Below are positions 9,762 through 20,326 of a stretch of DNA of 64,000 nt, in pieces. The stretch is from assembly GCF_000142905.1 (NCBI RefSeq), contig NW_013657652.1, forward strand, positions 1 through 64,000, read 5' to 3'. The notes beneath the pieces are model-generated. The model had not been told where the DNA came from, made no database searches, and saw only the letters and a list, made by a program, of their open reading frames with translations. The first letter of the stretch is position 1. The number at the start of each line of letters is the position of its first letter. Both the position numbers and the translations under genes were made by a program. This DNA comes from Thecamonas trahens ATCC 50062 (lineage: Eukaryota > Protista > Apusomonadida).

Positions 9762-10057
9762 GCGACAGAGAAGGCCGGCAGTGGCTGTGTTCGCCGAGCT
9801 GGAGTATGTGCTGACAAGGTCCGCTCCGATCTTGCTAGGCCTTACTGCAGCCCGCCGCTACACATCTCGCCTGCGCCGTCCTCTCTGTCGCGATCCTGCG
9901 AGCACTGCATCATCCGTAGCCGTCTGGAGACTGAGTTCCAAGACTACGTATGTTCCACGCAGCGCCCGTATCTGCACGCGTACCCGCATACACTCTGCGC
10001 CCTTTGAGCTTGTCAACCACGTGGTGATGCTCGGCTCGCCCCTGCATCGCCATCATC

Positions 10058-10108
10058 CTGACGGCGTGCTGCACCAACCGGGCTCTCCCCGGCTGCAGCG
10101 CGCCCGAG
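10058..10108 (+). promoter_or_regulatory. SECIS element candidate (type II) in SELENOK 3'UTR
   Basis: C-TGAC core (10058-62); 11-bp helix GGCGTGCTGCA (10063-73) pairing with TGCAGCGCGCC (10094-104); unpaired AA (10076-77); apical mini-stem CCGGG/CCCGG; 3' core CGAG (10105-08). It lies ~300 nt after the Sec codon. Helix I is not obvious. Confidence 0.85.
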
Positions 10109-10265
10109 CCCCTTGTTAAACTCATCCAGCGCCTCCTCGCCCAAGCCACCTGCGCACTCTGCCCGTGCGCTCGTCAGCCGACCATGCCAGGTGCGTGTGC
10201 GACTCGTCACGTGCCACGGCACCTCACCCGCTCTCCCTCTCCGGCTCGCCCCCCCCCCCCCCTTC

Positions 10266-11228
10266 ATGCGACCCGCCGGCGACGCGTCGACCTTCCATCC
10301 GGAATGGTTCCTCGCTTCGACCGTCTCTCTCGTCTGTGCCTCGTTCTCCTCGCTTGTCTTCCTCGTTGTTGTCGCCCACGGCGGCCATGGCCTCGCGGGC
10401 CCCTTTGTTGCTCCGCTCGCCCCACTCGCCCTCATCCTCCACGTCTGGTCGCGCAAGCGCTGGGCGGCACCACACGGCGTTGTCCTTCCCGCCGGGCTTG
10501 TCGCGTGGCTCTTGGCCGAGGCTGTCGCTGCGATCTTCTTCATCCGCCGGCCGTGGATGTTCGAGGTCTACCTGGCTTGCCGCGGGCTGGCCGGCATGAC
10601 TGCTGCCGCCGCGCTGGCGGCACCCGAGCAGCGCGGCGATGAGTCGCGCCTGCAGCTTCTTACTGCACATCCGATGGCGGCGGCGCCGATGGCGATAGCT
10701 GCCGTCTACTTTGGCATCGGCCTCGGTGTGAACGGGCACACGTCATCGGCATCCGAGCACGTGGCGCTGGCCGCGGCGCTGGTCTGCTACGGCCTCGGCA
10801 CCGCCGCTGCCGGTTGGGCCGCCGTTGCGCGCATTCTCGAGGGATCCGCATCGCCATGGGCCTCGACTGCCGGCATGCGCTGCCTGCCCGCGGCCGGCGG
10901 CCTCCTCGCCCTTGCGGCAGACGTCGTCTTTGCTGTCCCAGCCCTCGCCATCGCATCCATTCCCATGGACATGTATCTGGTTGGCGTGCTCCGCCTCGCC
11001 GGCCTTGCCGCTGTCGCGCTCACCGTCGACAAGAACGACCCGTTTATGTTTGGTAACCTCTTCTCCGAAGCCCACTCGTATCTGCCAGCCGAGGGCGACG
11101 GTGCTCATGTTCCAGTTACCGTGTCAGCACCGGCTTCGCCGGTGGCGTCGTCGTCATCGTCGGACGTCCCGCTCCTGGTAGCGGCCGCTACTGGATCGGA
11201 GCCGGGTGATAGCGAGTCACCAGCTTGA
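10266..11228 (+). CDS. Multi-pass membrane protein, divergent YhhN/TMEM86 (lysoplasmalogenase)-like
   Basis: 7-8 hydrophobic segments; pattern LPAGLVAWLLAE...LVCYGL...AGGLLALAADVV resembles YhhN. The start is uncertain (possible mini-exon ATGCCAG|GTGCGT at 10184). Confidence 0.6.
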   Translation: MRPAGDASTFHPEWFLASTVSLVCASFSSLVFLVVVAHGGHGLAGPFVAPLAPLALILHVWSRKRWAAPHGVVLPAGLVAWLLAEAVAAIFFIRRPWMFEVYLACRGLAGMTAAAALAAPEQRGDESRLQLLTAHPMAAAPMAIAAVYFGIGLGVNGHTSSASEHVALAAALVCYGLGTAAAGWAAVARILEGSASPWASTAGMRCLPAAGGLLALAADVVFAVPALAIASIPMDMYLVGVLRLAGLAAVALTVDKNDPFMFGNLFSEAHSYLPAEGDGAHVPVTVSAPASPVASSSSSDVPLLVAAATGSEPGDSESPA

Positions 11229-13085
11229 CGCTGTCCTGGTTTGGGCCCCACTCGAGGGCAAAGACGGCCTTGTCAAACTTGCTCGCCTTGCTGCACAAAG
11301 TCTCGAGTATCAGCTTGTTTGGTGGCGCCCGCTCCGGGTTGCGGCCGAGCACCGCCAGCACTGCCTCGAGGACACCAAACAGTCCGCGGTCGTGCCACGG
11401 CATGCCGTGCCGCGACGCGACAATGGCCGTCACTGCCGTCGTGCCGTACAGGTAGATAAAACCCGGACCAGATCTCTCGAGCAGGTAGTCCTCGAGGCGA
11501 CTGTTGCCAACAACGATAGAGAAGTGCGCGACGTTGACGACATAGCTGTCAGGAATTGCGTGGGCAACCTCCGGCACTGCGATCGGCGTGATAGCCTCCA
11601 TTGGCACCACGTCGCGGACCCAGGTTGAGAGCATCCGGGTTGCCGCCACAACCGTCACCACTCGTACCCTCCCGAAGCTGCAACTGGGCACCACCACCAC
11701 CTCGTTGTCACCGACGACATCGACAGGGAGTGCATACATCGGAATGTGGCCAGCTGCCGCGAGGGCTGCACCTGCAAGAGAGGTCAACGCGTCTGGCGGC
11801 GTGTCGGCGCGAAATGGCATGTAGTCAACTCTGATGACGTTGCTAGCCTCGGTTGCCGACTGCGCCGCCACCCTCAGCCACCGCATCTGCGCCTCAGAGT
11901 CGGCGCTAGGTACATCCACAATCGGCGCACGCACAACAGCGAGTCCACCTTCGAGCATGCACCACGGAGTCTGTCTGCAGAGGCTGTGCAGTTCCGCGAG
12001 CTCGCTCTTGCTTAGCACATCCTCAAACGAGTCCACAAAGTCGGCAGCAATAGGCGCGTTGGCGACCACACTCATCATCAGCAGCCCGGCTGCCATTGGC
12101 ATAGTCCGCCTCATATCGCCCCGACCGGGCCCGAGCCGCAGCACACGCCGCATCGCTTCAACCAGCTGGCCATTCGGCACCGTAAACTTGCTCGCTGCTT
12201 GGTCCTCCTCGGGCCGCAGCGCGCCGGTCAGGTACCGCTTGAGCTCGGCAGCCGCCTCGCCACTGCCTATCACGTCCTCGATGGCGTCGACAGCATCGTC
12301 ACACGACATCTCCTGCGACATAACCTGGCGCACAATGTCAACCGTCTTGGCGTGTGCCTTGGTCGGCGTAGCCACCCGCAGCGCATCCATGATCCGAGCC
12401 AGCTGGGCCCGCGAGTACCCGCTGGTCACGCCAGCCAACTCTGCACCTTTGTGTGCTGCCTCGGCCTCCTCCTTGCCCTTGCCCTCCACCCCTCCACCGT
12501 GGCCAGCCTTCCACTGCGCAGCAAGCCTGCGGTTGCGATCCACCTCGGCCTGCGAGTTGAGCTGCAGCCGCAGCCGCTCCATGTGCCTGAGAAGCAAAGG
12601 TGTTCTGCGGTCCTCCGGCGCCAGAAATCCCTTAAACTCGACCATCAGCAGCGACTCGAACCCGATCAACGCGTTCATCTGGTTGATCACGCTCTTGCAG
12701 TCGGCCCTATCTTCCACCCCCACCCCGTTCCCGGCCACAGACACCCTACCCTGTAAGTCTCCCGCCCTCCCATCCCTCAACCAGCGCCTCGCCGCCATGA
12801 GCCGCCATGTCCCGGCATCTACTACCTACACTCCTGCGCGGTATGCGCCAAGCAGCGCGATGACCTCATCGCAGACATGCGGGGCATGCCTGGCGACGTT
12901 TTTGAGAAAGGCTTCGGCTTGAGCCTTGGTCGGCCGCGAGTGCGAGGCCCAGACCGAGTCCGGAGGGGGCCGACAGGCTGCGGCGGAGCCGACACGGTCT
13001 CAGCCCTACGTCGCCTTGGATTTGACAGCCGTGTCCTCTTCTTCTTGTTCACCGTGGGCCGCCCCCGGCCTCTTGTCCGTGCCAT
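11188..13085 (-). CDS. PAH (Sin3-type paired amphipathic helix)-like domain protein; intron ~12707-12829, apparent -1 frame break near 12965-12969
   Basis: Splicing GTAGGT(12829)...TAG(12707) gives QAEAFLKNVARHAPHVCDEVIALLGAYRAGV|ADCKSVINQMNALIGFESLLMVEFKGFLAP, a PAH-like unit. The basic N-terminus MARTRGRGRP... joins if one base is added to a 5-nt homopolymer. The main ORF 11188-12706 is solid; the 5' model is inferred. Confidence 0.65.
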
Positions 13086-13342
13086 TCGTCACCGCCTGCC
13101 TGCTCCTTGCTGGCGTCAGGTGTGGTTATGGGTGTGGGTGTGGGTGTGGCCGTGGGACTTGCTCTCGTTGCAGGTGTCGCACCCGCAAGCCCAGCCAACA
13201 ACTCCTTCCATCACCACGGCCGCACACGTTGTGCTATCCTCTGCTCCCCACGCTCCTTTCAATGCCATGCCCCCCTGTCCCCCCAATTGGGAGGAGGGGG
13301 GGGGGGGGGGCACACGCCACTCTCCGCCAACATAGTGAATAC

Positions 13343-14494
13343 ATGTCAGCCAAGACGGCGTTCCACAGCGAGCTCATTCCGACGCCCGAAGCCATGACGG
13401 CCAAGGGCATTCCCGACCACTTGCATGCAGCGTATGCACGGGTGGCGTATCAAGCTGCCTTTGGCCTCGATACCTGGATGCATCTCCTCCCGGACGTCAC
13501 CTTTCCCACAACCTCGCTGCCGCTCTCGGCCGAGCAGGCACGGGCGCTGCAGGTGCTGTACAGGCTCGGCTCGCGGTCGCCGCCAAAGGAAGACACGCTG
13601 GTCATGTCTCGCACAGAGGCCGAGGAGCACGCCGCAAAGATCGCAGACACGCTCGATGGTATCCTTGGTCATGGCGCCTTTGCCGAGGCAGGTGCCTTTG
13701 TCAAGCTCTCCACCCGGTCGCCCAAAGACGTCGTCGTTTATCATCCCGAGTACGGGACGACGCAGGACGAGGTGGCGGTGGCGCTCGAGGCACTGTATGC
13801 AGAAAAGGGCGACGAGGCCGATGTCAACGACGAGATCAAGGCCTTTGTCATTGCTACTGGCCGCGCTCTGCGGGTCCGAACCGGCACTGACGTCGTCGCG
13901 CTTCTGGTGCTCTCCTCGCGGGTCTTTGAAGATCTGACCCGAATGCTCGCCTTTGGAGATGCCTCATTCGACGTCACCATCCAGCTGCGGGTGTGGGACG
14001 ATGCGGTGCTCGAGGCCCCTGGCGGCGAGCTCCGTGGCTTTGTCCACAACAACAAGCTCAACGCGCTGACGCAGTACTTTTCGTTCATCCACTTTCCTCA
14101 CCTCGTTGCCTCACAGGATGATGTCGCTGCCGCTGTGACACAGTTCTTTGAATCGACTGTAGCGCCAGCCCTTCCGCACAACTCGTATGTCATCGACTTT
14201 CTGGTCCTTCCCGATGGGACCATCAAGGTCGTCGAGCTCGGCACGTTCCGGGCCGAGACCGGCGCCGGGCTGTTCTCTTGGCGTGACGACCGCGAGAACT
14301 TTCTCAACGGCCCGTTCGAGTTCCGGGTTGCAAACGAGCCCCATCCGGACCCGCTCGACATGCTCCCGCGGGTCTGGCGCGACTTTATCGCCGCCCGCCG
14401 CCCGCCGTCGACCCGTGCCGCCGCGCAAATGGCCGAGCTCCACCCTCAGCCGCCCTCTCCCTCTGCCAGTGAGGGCGGGTGCGCCATCGCATAG
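13343..14494 (+). CDS. Cdc123/R2K-clade ATP-grasp protein with C-terminal CaaX
   Basis: Motifs GAFVKLSTRSPKD, ELRGFVHNNKLNALTQY, YVIDF...VVELGTF, GAGLFSW; the protein ends GGCAIA*. Confidence 0.88.
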   Translation: MSAKTAFHSELIPTPEAMTAKGIPDHLHAAYARVAYQAAFGLDTWMHLLPDVTFPTTSLPLSAEQARALQVLYRLGSRSPPKEDTLVMSRTEAEEHAAKIADTLDGILGHGAFAEAGAFVKLSTRSPKDVVVYHPEYGTTQDEVAVALEALYAEKGDEADVNDEIKAFVIATGRALRVRTGTDVVALLVLSSRVFEDLTRMLAFGDASFDVTIQLRVWDDAVLEAPGGELRGFVHNNKLNALTQYFSFIHFPHLVASQDDVAAAVTQFFESTVAPALPHNSYVIDFLVLPDGTIKVVELGTFRAETGAGLFSWRDDRENFLNGPFEFRVANEPHPDPLDMLPRVWRDFIAARRPPSTRAAAQMAELHPQPPSPSASEGGCAIA

Positions 14495-14526
14495 CCACGC
14501 GTTCCTTGCCACATCACAATGCTAGT

Positions 14527-15815
14527 TTACAAATACCCGGACACGTCGCCGTCGTCGTCGTCGTCACGCGACATCGAGACGTCAGCAACCGACTCGAGGG
14601 CGTCCGCAATGACAAACTGGTCAAACTGCGGCTGGCGGAGGAGGGCCACAACCTCGCGGAGCCACTGGAGCATGCCCTCGTACTCGCGGCACTTGGCCTC
14701 GAGTACCGCGATGCGGGCGGCCGAGGCCGAGTCGGCGGCGGCGTCCGCAGCGGTAGCAGTAGCGGTGGCGTCGCCGGTCTGTGCGTCGCGGAGCGCAGCA
14801 GCAAGCTGTGCCTGCAGCGCCGCGTTCTCCTCTTCGGCAACGAGGACTGCCTGACGACCCTGCGCGACCTCGACAAAGAGCGAGAGCTTCTCGTTGGTCA
14901 GCGTCTCGACCTGCGACTGCGCCAGCGCCGCCAGCTCGGCCTGCTCCTCGGCCTCGGCCGCCAGCGCCGCCACCTGCTCCGACAAGTTCTTGATCACCGT
15001 CCGCGAGCGATCGACCGAGCCCGGCGACGCCGCCGCGCCGACCTGCGCCTCCAGCGCCGCCACCCGTGCCCGCAGCGCCTCGTTCTCGTCGCGCAGCGCC
15101 TGGGTCTTTGCCCGCGACTCGGGCGAGATGACAACCAGGATGTCCTTGCTCGCCGACACCAGGACTGACGACTCGACAGGCTCGGTAAAGACCGAACTCT
15201 GCGAGACCGAGGTCGGGTACGCCCCGCTGCCGCTCCTGCTCAGCCGTGCGAGCCGGAACGAGGCCTCAGACGACTCGAGCGAGACCTCGTCGGTCCCACG
15301 CGAGGCGTCGGCCGCCCGGATCGGCGAGAGCGAGAGCTCGCAGCCTCTGTGACTCATCCCGTCCACGCCGCTCCCGACGCTGATATTCTCCTTGGCGTCC
15401 AGCCCAGGCGTCCCGCCACGCGACGACACCATCGACGTGTAGTACGGTCGGTACGACGGTGAGATCGAGGCCGCCGCCCGTACCGCCGCCTCGTTCACCT
15501 CGCCTTGCATCCGCCCGCGGTCCTCGCTCTCGCTACCGGGGCTCCTGCTGGCTTTGCGGGCCTCGATGATGCGCGAGACGCGAGCAAGCAACTGTTTCCG
15601 CTCGGCCGTCTTCCGATGAAGCCACTCCTGGAACTCAGAGGTGAACTGCGTGCCCGGCGTGGCAGGCGTCCCGGGTGTGGCCGCAGCTCGAGTCGACTTG
15701 GCGCCACTCGCGTCACTCGCCGCCAGCGCGCCAAGCCGCCCCCACGCGCCACACCATTCACAGGCGAGAGCACTCCAGGCGACCGCGACGCCCCATTCAT
15801 TCTGCGCACCGCCAT
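14527..15815 (-). CDS. Coiled-coil protein of unknown function (5' end uncertain; likely -1 break at 15739-15743)
   Basis: Long A/E/Q/L heptad region. The frame is open upstream of 15591 (TSEFQEWLHRKTAERKQLLARV), and ATG 15815 joins if a base is added to a G5 run. Confidence 0.7.
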
Positions 15816-16135
15816 CTCTTTCCCCAGCAACCTTAATGAGAGCGTTGTACCGCCCCTCGTCCTCCCAGCCCTACTCACAGGTCGCCTCACCACGCAGGTG
15901 CCGTGCGTCTGTCGCGGCGCGACTGACTGAAAATGGCTCAAAAATTCCGTCTCCCGCCACCCGCCCACTCTGATGTTCCCGAAGCTCCGCATGGCTGCCA
16001 ATTTCGAAGGAAAACCATCCACACCACCATTTTTTTAGCGTTGACTCCCGCAGCGAGCAAATCAGCAATGCGGCTAATGAGAGCTCTTATCCCGCACCTT
16101 GGCACAATTGTCTCTTCCTCGCAGCGATTACCTCC

Positions 16136-16999
16136 ATGAACACTACCTTTACCGTCGTGGCGCTCCTTGCGCTGCTTGCGCTCTCAGCTTCCGCCGACGA
16201 GCTCACGTTCTGCAACTACATCTCGGGCGAAGCCGTCGTCCTCACCAACGGCGTCGTCACCTCGGAAACAACTGGTACGGTCAACGCCAACCAGTGCGTT
16301 GCTTTTTCGTACACAGCGGCGGCGACGCTGCAGCTGCAGCTGAAGAAGGCCTCCGATGGCGCGCTCATCCAGGCCAAGAGCTACGTGGTGCCGTCGGACC
16401 GGTCGGATCGGCGGGTCTTTGCTGTCCGCTCCTCGGGCCTCATCTCGTCCACCTCGTTTGAGCTCCAGACACTCGCCTCGGTCTCCAAGAGCGCCGACAA
16501 GGCGAGCGTGGTGGTGATCAACCAGGGCCTCGACCTCACGTCGACGCTTTCGATGCGCGTCGGCGCCTCGGTCAATGCCGCCGCCTACCTCGGCCTCTCC
16601 ACTGTTGCCGTCGACACCACCGCCGATGTCAAGATCTCCGCCGAGACCTCGGCCGGCGCCGAGGTCGCCGCCACCACCATCACCCAGGCTCAGCTCCGCG
16701 CTAATGCCGGCAAGACCATCGTCTCGGTCCTTATCGGCTCCGAGTCGTCGGCGGGCTCGACCACTGGTTCGACCTCGACCTCGACCTCGACCTCGACCTC
16801 GAGCTCAACCTCGGGCTCGACTTCGGGCGTCGCCACCACCGCCCGCGCCATCGAGACTCGCTCGTCCGGCAGCCTCCGGTTCGAGACCACGGACGAGAAC
16901 GGCAACTCGCTCAACTCGGCTGCCTCCTTCACCGGCCCCAACTCGACCGCGCTGGCCATTGCCACCATCGCCGCCGCGCTCCTTGCTCTCATCATGTAG
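16136..16999 (+). CDS. Secreted, probably GPI-anchored surface protein (paralog of 49883-50719)
   Basis: Signal peptide MNTTFTVVALLALLALSASA, beta-rich domain with two Cys, Ser/Thr linker, and C-terminal hydrophobic tail with no cytosolic part. Confidence 0.88.
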   Translation: MNTTFTVVALLALLALSASADELTFCNYISGEAVVLTNGVVTSETTGTVNANQCVAFSYTAAATLQLQLKKASDGALIQAKSYVVPSDRSDRRVFAVRSSGLISSTSFELQTLASVSKSADKASVVVINQGLDLTSTLSMRVGASVNAAAYLGLSTVAVDTTADVKISAETSAGAEVAATTITQAQLRANAGKTIVSVLIGSESSAGSTTGSTSTSTSTSTSSSTSGSTSGVATTARAIETRSSGSLRFETTDENGNSLNSAASFTGPNSTALAIATIAAALLALIM

Positions 17000-17054
17000 C
17001 CATCCGCTCCCCTCCCGTCCCCCAATACATGACACATTTTTGTCGCACTGCATG

Positions 17055-18066
17055 TTACAGCCCGAGCTCGACGCTCTTCTTCTTCTTCTTGTGCCGGCGC
17101 TTGCGCTTGCGCTTGGGCTTCTCGCCGGTGGCCTCGCCGGCGGCCTCGCTGTCAACAGCGGCAGCCGAGGCGGCAGCGACAGGCTCGGCCTCATCGCCAG
17201 CGCTGTTGCCGGCAGCGGCAGTGGCAACAGCGGCGCCATCGAGGCCCTTGCTCCGCTTGGCCGGCCGCTCGACGTCACTCCCACCAGACTTGCCCTTGGA
17301 CTTCTTCTTCTTCTTGACCGAGAGCGGGTTGGGGCCCTTAGTCTTCTTGCGCTTCTTCTTCTTCTCGCCGCCGCCGATTCCGAGCCGGCGGGCCTCATTG
17401 GTCGGCACCCGCAGCTTGCGGCGATCCATCTTGCGCGCCATCTTGAGCGACTTGTCCGACGGCGGATCGATGGCAATGAGGTTAAAGTTGATGTACAGGA
17501 TGGGCGAGCCTGGGATCTCGCGGAGCTCTGCCATGAGCGACCGATCCTGGGTAGCAAAGAGAAAGCCCATCGGGTTCGACTCGCCGGCAAGGTAGCCGAG
17601 ACACTCGCTAGCCACAACCGGGCTCTCATGCCCGCACTTGACGATCTTGTACTGTGAGATGACCGAGAGCGCCGGCTTGAACGCCGAGCCGAGCTTCTCC
17701 AGCTCAGCCAGCACGCACCGGGTGGTACAGAGCTTGACCTTGGGATCGCCCAGAAGCGACGAGACCAACTCTGCCACCATGATCTTGTGCTCAACAGCAG
17801 CGTACACAAAGTTGCCATCCACTGCGTGTCGTCTCAAGTCCTCTCCATGAGTATCACAGCCCCGCTATCCCTCTCCCCACGGCGCCTCCCGCTCCCCATC
17901 CATCCATCCTGTCGACCACCTCCCATGCCCACGGCTCGCCTGCGCTCTCTCACACACACACTCTCACACACAACATACCCAGGACCTTGAACGGAGGATG
18001 GAGGTCAAAGTTGATGTGGTAGAACTTGAGCACTCGCTTGGCATGCTTCTGCCGGGTGATCTTCAT
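17055..18066 (-). CDS. UTP23: rRNA-processing PIN-domain protein UTP23; exons 18066-17979 and 17821-17055
   Basis: MKITRQKHAKRVLKFYHINFDLHPPFKVL|VDGNF across a GTATGT...CAG intron; TTRCVLAELE, CGH, ATQD, IPGSP, KGPNPLSVKKKK. Confidence 0.96.
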
Positions 18067-18169
18067 CTTGCCTCGCTCTCTCAGTCGAGTCGAGTGACAG
18101 CCACCGCCCAACGACCGCCACACCACACCGTTGGGCGGTAGGAGCTCGGCTGAGGTGCGCGTCACCGTT

Positions 18170-20326
18170 TTACACATCTTCATCACCGCTACCATCATCT
18201 CTACTGCCATCCGGTTGGTAATCAACTCGGTCACCCTTACCAGCACTGCTGGCGGACGCAGGCGGCGGCGGCGGCGGCGGCTTGGGCTTGTGATGGGTCA
18301 TGTGGCGCTGCAGGAGGCGGAGGCCCGAGTGCTTCTTTCGGACATTGGCGGTGATGTTGTTGACAACGCCGAGGAAGCGCGATCGAGCGTCGAGGCGGCG
18401 GCGGGCCTTGCGGACGCCGAGCGAGACGGGCGCCTTGCCCATGCGCGACATGAGGGTGGCGGCGGCGAGCGAGGCGGCGGCCGGGAGCACGGTTGTCTTG
18501 CGCGAGCTGGAGCCGGTGAGGCCCGAGAGCGCAATCCGGCGCTCGAGGACCTCGTTGTAGCCGAGCGGGCGCATGTGCTGGAGAACGGTGTGGCCGGCGG
18601 CGACGGCGTCGTGGATGACCCGGACCTCGGCAGGCGTGTAGAGCGAGACCGGGATCGACGGCGCATTCTCGGGCACGTTGGCCGGCTCGCAAAAGTCGGC
18701 GAGCCAGTTGTCGAGCGAGTACCGCGACTCGGGATCAAGCGAGATAGAGCGGGTGGCGGCGACGAGGTCAAAGACCGACCACGGCATGGTGATCCACAGG
18801 TTGTAGTCGATGTTGAACGCCTCGAGCGTGCGCCAGAACCCGACAGAAGGCGGGAGCGTGGTGAGCCAGTTGTGCGAGACGTCGAGCCGCGCGAGCGAGC
18901 GGAGCCGCCCGATGCCGGCCGGCAGGTGCATGAGCTGGTTGTGGTCGACCGAGAGCCGCTGTAGGCTCCGAAGCGAGCACAGCGCCGGCGGCAGGCTCCG
19001 CAGCGTGTTGTGCGAGAGGAGGAGGACCTGGAGCTGCGCGAGCTGCCCGACCTCGCTCGGAAGCGTGACCAGCGCGTTGTGCGAGAGATCCAGCACCACA
19101 AGGAGCGAGAGCGCGCCAAGCATTGCCGGAATCCGGGTGAGCGCGTTGTGCGCCACGTTAAGATTGACGAGCGAGATGGCCGACGCGAGGACGGCTGGGT
19201 ACTCGTCAAAGCTGTTGTTTGAGAGGTCGAGCGTGTGCAGCGCGGGAAGCGCGGTCATCGAGTCGGGCAGCGCCCTTACGTGGTTGCCAGAGAGCTCGAG
19301 GTTGGTCAGCGAGGTCATGGCGCCCACAAAGTGCGGCAGGTTGCGGAGAGCGTTGCGCGAGAGGTCCAGCGACATCAAGTTCGTCAGCCGGGTCAGCGCC
19401 AGCGGAAGGCTCGACACGTAGTTGTCCGACATGTCGAGCGCCGTGAGCTGCGGGAGGACTGCCACCTGGCTTGGGACGGCCGAGAGCTGCAGCTTGGCCA
19501 GCCGCAGGCTCCTTGCCTCGGGATTGCCCACCAGCGACGCTACGTGGGCCACAACCGAGGTCAAGTGCGCCCGCGCAACAGGAATCATCTTGGACATCGT
19601 CCACTCGGCCTCCATCCGCGCCTCCACGTCGAGCTTGACCCGACGCGTCAGGTTGCGCTTGGTGTAGTGCCCGAGCCGGCACGGCATGAGCGGGATGGCG
19701 GACTGCTGCGGCAGCTTGGCCGCTCTTCGCACGCTCGCCAGCTCCTCGCGCGCCAGCGGCATGTACTCGGCCGAAATCTGCGTCTGCAGCGCCGCCTGCT
19801 TCTCGTCGAGCAGCCGCTTGGCAATCCGCCGGACCTCCTTGTAGAACTCGGCCCAGTCCTCGGGCGACTCGGGCGCCGCGCCGGCCCGCTTGAGCACGTC
19901 GTGCAGCGAACCGCCGCCCGACAGCATCCGCCGCTCGCTCGTCCGCACCGCCTCGTCCAGAATGCGCGATGCCTCCCACCGCGATAGCTCGCTCGATCCT
20001 GAGCTGCTGCCGTCGTCACCACCGCCGCCGTCCTCGCCGCCCGAGTCCCATCCGCCGTCGTGCTCCGGCCAGCCAGCGAGTGTCACCCGGCTTCTCCGCG
20101 GCGAGCGCTGATCCTGCTGCACCTGCATTCTCTGCCTGCGATACATGCTCTTGCGGCCGATCCTGCGACGAAGATATGCCAGCCGTGTCCTCAGCTCGCC
20201 TACAGGCGCCAGATTGGCGAGGCGGACCTCGGGCGGGGCGGCGGTTGACGGAGGCCGCGGCGCGTACACTGCGCCCAGGCCCACCGACGACGCAGACCGT
20301 GACAGTGCACCTGCATCTCCAGACAT
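18170..20326 (-). CDS. Leucine-rich repeat protein (~11 typical LRRs)
   Basis: Repeated LxxLxLSxNxLxxLP units in the central third; ATG MSGDAG at 20326 follows a (CA)n tract. Confidence 0.92.
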   Translation of the reverse strand: MSGDAGALSRSASSVGLGAVYAPRPPSTAAPPEVRLANLAPVGELRTRLAYLRRRIGRKSMYRRQRMQVQQDQRSPRRSRVTLAGWPEHDGGWDSGGEDGGGGDDGSSSGSSELSRWEASRILDEAVRTSERRMLSGGGSLHDVLKRAGAAPESPEDWAEFYKEVRRIAKRLLDEKQAALQTQISAEYMPLAREELASVRRAAKLPQQSAIPLMPCRLGHYTKRNLTRRVKLDVEARMEAEWTMSKMIPVARAHLTSVVAHVASLVGNPEARSLRLAKLQLSAVPSQVAVLPQLTALDMSDNYVSSLPLALTRLTNLMSLDLSRNALRNLPHFVGAMTSLTNLELSGNHVRALPDSMTALPALHTLDLSNNSFDEYPAVLASAISLVNLNVAHNALTRIPAMLGALSLLVVLDLSHNALVTLPSEVGQLAQLQVLLLSHNTLRSLPPALCSLRSLQRLSVDHNQLMHLPAGIGRLRSLARLDVSHNWLTTLPPSVGFWRTLEAFNIDYNLWITMPWSVFDLVAATRSISLDPESRYSLDNWLADFCEPANVPENAPSIPVSLYTPAEVRVIHDAVAAGHTVLQHMRPLGYNEVLERRIALSGLTGSSSRKTTVLPAAASLAAATLMSRMGKAPVSLGVRKARRRLDARSRFLGVVNNITANVRKKHSGLRLLQRHMTHHKPKPPPPPPPASASSAGKGDRVDYQPDGSRDDGSGDEDV

